From NCBI GenBank assembly GCA_041568735.1, contig JBFFZG010000001.1:4301-68300 (forward strand): 64,000 nt of DNA, in the 5' to 3' direction. A program made the translations under genes and the position numbers. Below the pieces are notes generated by a model. It was not told the origin of the DNA and ran no database searches. It saw only the letters and a program-made list of their open reading frames with translations. The first letter of the stretch is position 1. Every line of letters begins with the position of its first letter. The DNA is from Candidatus Promineifilaceae bacterium. Lineage in GTDB: Bacteria > Chloroflexota > Anaerolineae > Promineifilales > Promineifilaceae. This document shows, piece by piece, positions 61,670-64,000 of this stretch.

Positions 61670-62164
61670 TCAGCCGGGGAAGCGGCCGTGACGGCGGATG
61701 TAGGCGGTTAAGCCTCCGGCGTCGATAATATCGGCCGCGAACGGCGCCAGCGGCGGCAGGGGGATGACGTCCCCATCCGATCGAGTCAGCGTGCCGGCGG
61801 CCAGATCCAGCTGAATTTCCTCACCATCCTCGAGCAGGTCGGCCAGTTCGGGAGATTCGAGGACCGGCAGCCCGAGGTTGATCGCGTTGCGAAAAAAGAT
61901 GCGGGCGTAGCTGTGGGCGATGATGGCTCCAATTCGCCGGCGGCGGAGGGCTTCGGGGGCGTATTCGCGGGAAGAGCCGCAGCCGAAATTGGGACCGGCA
62001 ACGATGAGATCTCCCGGTTGGCCTTCTCGAGCGAATTCCGGCCGGGCTTCCACGAAGGCGTAATCCCCGACATCCTCCCCCTCCGGGAGCATGAAGGGCG
62101 CATAGCGGCCGGGGACGATCTGATCGGTGTCGATATCCGCGCCGAATTTCCAGACACGAGCCAT
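61670..62164 (-). CDS. leuD: 3-isopropylmalate (or homolog) dehydratase small subunit, short type
   Basis: ATG at 62164 (MARVWKFGADIDTDQIVPGRY); GPNFGCGSSREYAP motif; ~164 aa short LeuD/HacB type. Confidence 0.8.
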   Translation of the reverse strand: MARVWKFGADIDTDQIVPGRYAPFMLPEGEDVGDYAFVEARPEFAREGQPGDLIVAGPNFGCGSSREYAPEALRRRRIGAIIAHSYARIFFRNAINLGLPVLESPELADLLEDGEEIQLDLAAGTLTRSDGDVIPLPPLAPFAADIIDAGGLTAYIRRHGRFPG

Positions 62165-62199
62165 AGAGATCACCTCCGTCAAAGCAAATCCGCTTCCCG

Positions 62200-62814
62200 T
62201 CACACCGTCTGCTGATAGACGCGGGCGACGGCGAGATGGACTTCGTTGAGGAGCAGGTTAATGCGGCGAACCATGTTGACCGTCGTGTCCGGCCGGACCT
62301 TCATCCCCTTCGGCAGTTCGAGGGCGACTTCCATAAGCGTGTCGCGGAAAAACAACATCGCTTCCAGGGCCTGATTGAGCGGCAGCCCCTGGGCCAGGTT
62401 CAATCGGCCGTACTCCTCCCCGATCAGACGAGCTTCTTCGAGATAATGGCTGGCCTCCTCGCCGTTGGCCAGGTACTGCAGCGTCAACCCCATGAGCTGC
62501 CGGCCGAGCTGCCGGTGCGCGATTCGCCCTTCTTCGCTGATCCGGCTCATCCAGCTGGGTCCGCTCGCGGCCGTCAGCTCTTTCCGGGTGCGGTTGATGG
62601 CATTTTCCGACCAGGCCTTTTCCAGGGGTTGGCCCGACCGCCGGCCGTGGCGGCGATCGCGAAATTGTTCGATATCCTCCGGCGAAAAACGGCGGTGGCC
62701 ACCGGGTGTGACCAGGACCGGAATTTCCCCTTTGTCGGCCCAGCGCCGGAGCGTACTCGTGTGCACGTCGAGCAAGGCTGCCGCATCTTTTAAAGTCAGC
62801 CAGGATTTCATCAC
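62200..62814 (-). CDS. MerR/excisionase-type HTH protein with helical C-terminal domain
   Basis: 204 aa; LTLKDAAALLDVHTSTLRRWADKGEIPVLVTPGGHRRF is the HTH_17/MerR-superfamily pattern; the C-terminal ~130 aa are helical and unassigned. Confidence 0.7.
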   Translation of the reverse strand: MMKSWLTLKDAAALLDVHTSTLRRWADKGEIPVLVTPGGHRRFSPEDIEQFRDRRHGRRSGQPLEKAWSENAINRTRKELTAASGPSWMSRISEEGRIAHRQLGRQLMGLTLQYLANGEEASHYLEEARLIGEEYGRLNLAQGLPLNQALEAMLFFRDTLMEVALELPKGMKVRPDTTVNMVRRINLLLNEVHLAVARVYQQTV

Positions 62815-62900
62815 AGACCCTTATTGGCAATGGATTCCACGCGCCTAGTATATCAGACCGGCCGCCGATAAACACACCGGATGGCGTGGGATCCAATGGC

Positions 62901-64000
62901 TCAGCCCGCCCGGTCCGGCAGATCTCTCGGATCGGTAATTCGCCCGGTCAACGCCGTCGCGGCCGCCACGGCGGGGGAAGCCAGGTAGATCTGCGACTCC
63001 GGATGGCCCATGCGCCCCTTAAAATTCCGGTTGCCGGTGGAGAGGCAGACATCGCCCTCCCCCAGGGTTCCCTGATGGCGTCCCATGCAGGGGCCGCAGC
63101 CGGGGGTAGTCAAGGTCACCCCGGCCGCCAGGAGGGTGTTCAGCGTCCCATCGGCGGCGGCTCGCTGCAGTTCCCGACTGCTGGCCGGCGTCAGGATCAT
63201 GCGCAGACCGGGCGCCAGGGAGCGGCCGGCCAGGATCTGCGCCGCCGCCCGCATGTCTTCGTAGCGTCCATTGGTGCAGGTCCCCAGGAAGACAACGTCG
63301 ACCGACCGGCCGGCTACCGAGCTGATATCGACGACATCATCGACCCGATTTGGAATGGCGACCTGGGGTTCCAGGCCCGCCAGCGAAACGGCAATTTCCT
63401 GCCGGACTTCAGCACCTTCATCGACGGTCAGCCAGGCCGGGGTTGGCAAGCTATCCTCCGCGGCGGCCGGTGGAAAGAGACCGGCCTTGGCCCCCAGTTC
63501 CACCGCCATGCTGGCGATGGTCTGCCGTCCAGGCAGCGGCAGCCAGTCCAATCCGAGGTACTCGATGGCGGCATAGGTCGCCCCATCCAGGCCGAGCTTC
63601 CGGGCCAAAAATAGGGCCAGGTCCTTGGCATCGACTCCCGGCTGAAAACGGCCGGAGACGCGAATCCGGATGGTCTCTGGGACCCGCAGCCAGGTGCGGC
63701 CGGTTCCCATCGCCACAGCAATATCGGTCGAGCCCATGCCGGTGCCGAACGCGCCCACCGCCCCGTAGCTGGTGGAATGCGAATCGGAGCCAATGATGAC
63801 CCGCCCCGGCCGGGCGATTGCTTCCTCGACGAGCACCTGGTGGCAGATGCCGCGGCCAACTTCAAACAGGCGCACCCCTTCTTCTCGGGCGAACTGCCGG
63901 ATGAGATTCTGGCTCTGGGCCACCGGGACCGACGAGGCCGGGGCCACGTGATCGATGACCAGGACGACCTGCTCCGGATCGGCCACGTGAGGGACGCCGA
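62901..64000 (-). CDS. leuC: 3-isopropylmalate (or homolog) dehydratase large subunit, 5-prime end outside the window
   Basis: Aconitase-family motifs IGSDSHS, GTCTNGR, CGPCMG, NRNFKGRMG. The reading frame stays open upstream of the track start at 63986, up to the window edge. Confidence 0.85.
   Translation of the reverse strand, partial: GVPHVADPEQVVLVIDHVAPASSVPVAQSQNLIRQFAREEGVRLFEVGRGICHQVLVEEAIARPGRVIIGSDSHSTSYGAVGAFGTGMGSTDIAVAMGTGRTWLRVPETIRIRVSGRFQPGVDAKDLALFLARKLGLDGATYAAIEYLGLDWLPLPGRQTIASMAVELGAKAGLFPPAAAEDSLPTPAWLTVDEGAEVRQEIAVSLAGLEPQVAIPNRVDDVVDISSVAGRSVDVVFLGTCTNGRYEDMRAAAQILAGRSLAPGLRMILTPASSRELQRAAADGTLNTLLAAGVTLTTPGCGPCMGRHQGTLGEGDVCLSTGNRNFKGRMGHPESQIYLASPAVAAATALTGRITDPRDLPDRAG

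Overview
GC-rich, densely coding bacterial chromosomal segment with about 43 protein genes. I found no rRNA, tRNA, CRISPR array, integrase, transposase or phage-like gene. All calls come from reading the supplied translations and the DNA by eye; no searches were run. Left part: alpha/beta hydrolase, Dabb protein, hybrid REC-histidine kinase, a PGDH-like dehydrogenase fused to a ParB/Srx-like module, a cNMP-binding protein next to a zinc-ribbon/cyclase/STAND-ATPase/TPR giant, a CAP+3xLysM wall protein, a MoxR (CoxD-like) ATPase with two paralogous 460-aa CoxE-like VWA proteins, mgsA and an NYN-OB protein. Middle: a long minus-strand string of VOC, MshA-like GT4, FemAB-like GNAT, CoA-type Nudix, GMC oxidoreductase, a tandem double malic enzyme, selB and a coiled-coil protein. 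It is followed by two GT4 genes and a stand-alone rpoC (no rpoB) behind a perfect consensus promoter and a ~320-nt structured leader. Then come a PH-domain/zinc-ribbon plus small-protein pair, prfB with its +1 frameshift site, ftsY with an unusual C-terminal tail, and xseBA. Right part: a 2636-aa secreted double-GH13 amylase-pullulanase with 3 x 576-nt internal repeats, rsfS, ndk, and a 1977-aa extremely acidic TPR-capped protein with ~25 W-hydrophobic motifs and nested tandem repeats. After that come an HDAC-like deacetylase, two alpha/beta hydrolases, enoyl-CoA hydratase, deoxynucleoside kinase and leuC-HTH-leuD. Gene style suggests a Chloroflexota-like organism (inference only). There is no obvious mobile or defence island. 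The most unusual items are the giant acidic TPR protein, the dehydrogenase-ParB fusion, the orphan MoxR + 2xVWA trio, the cyclase/cNMP pair, the double malic enzyme and the rpoC leader.
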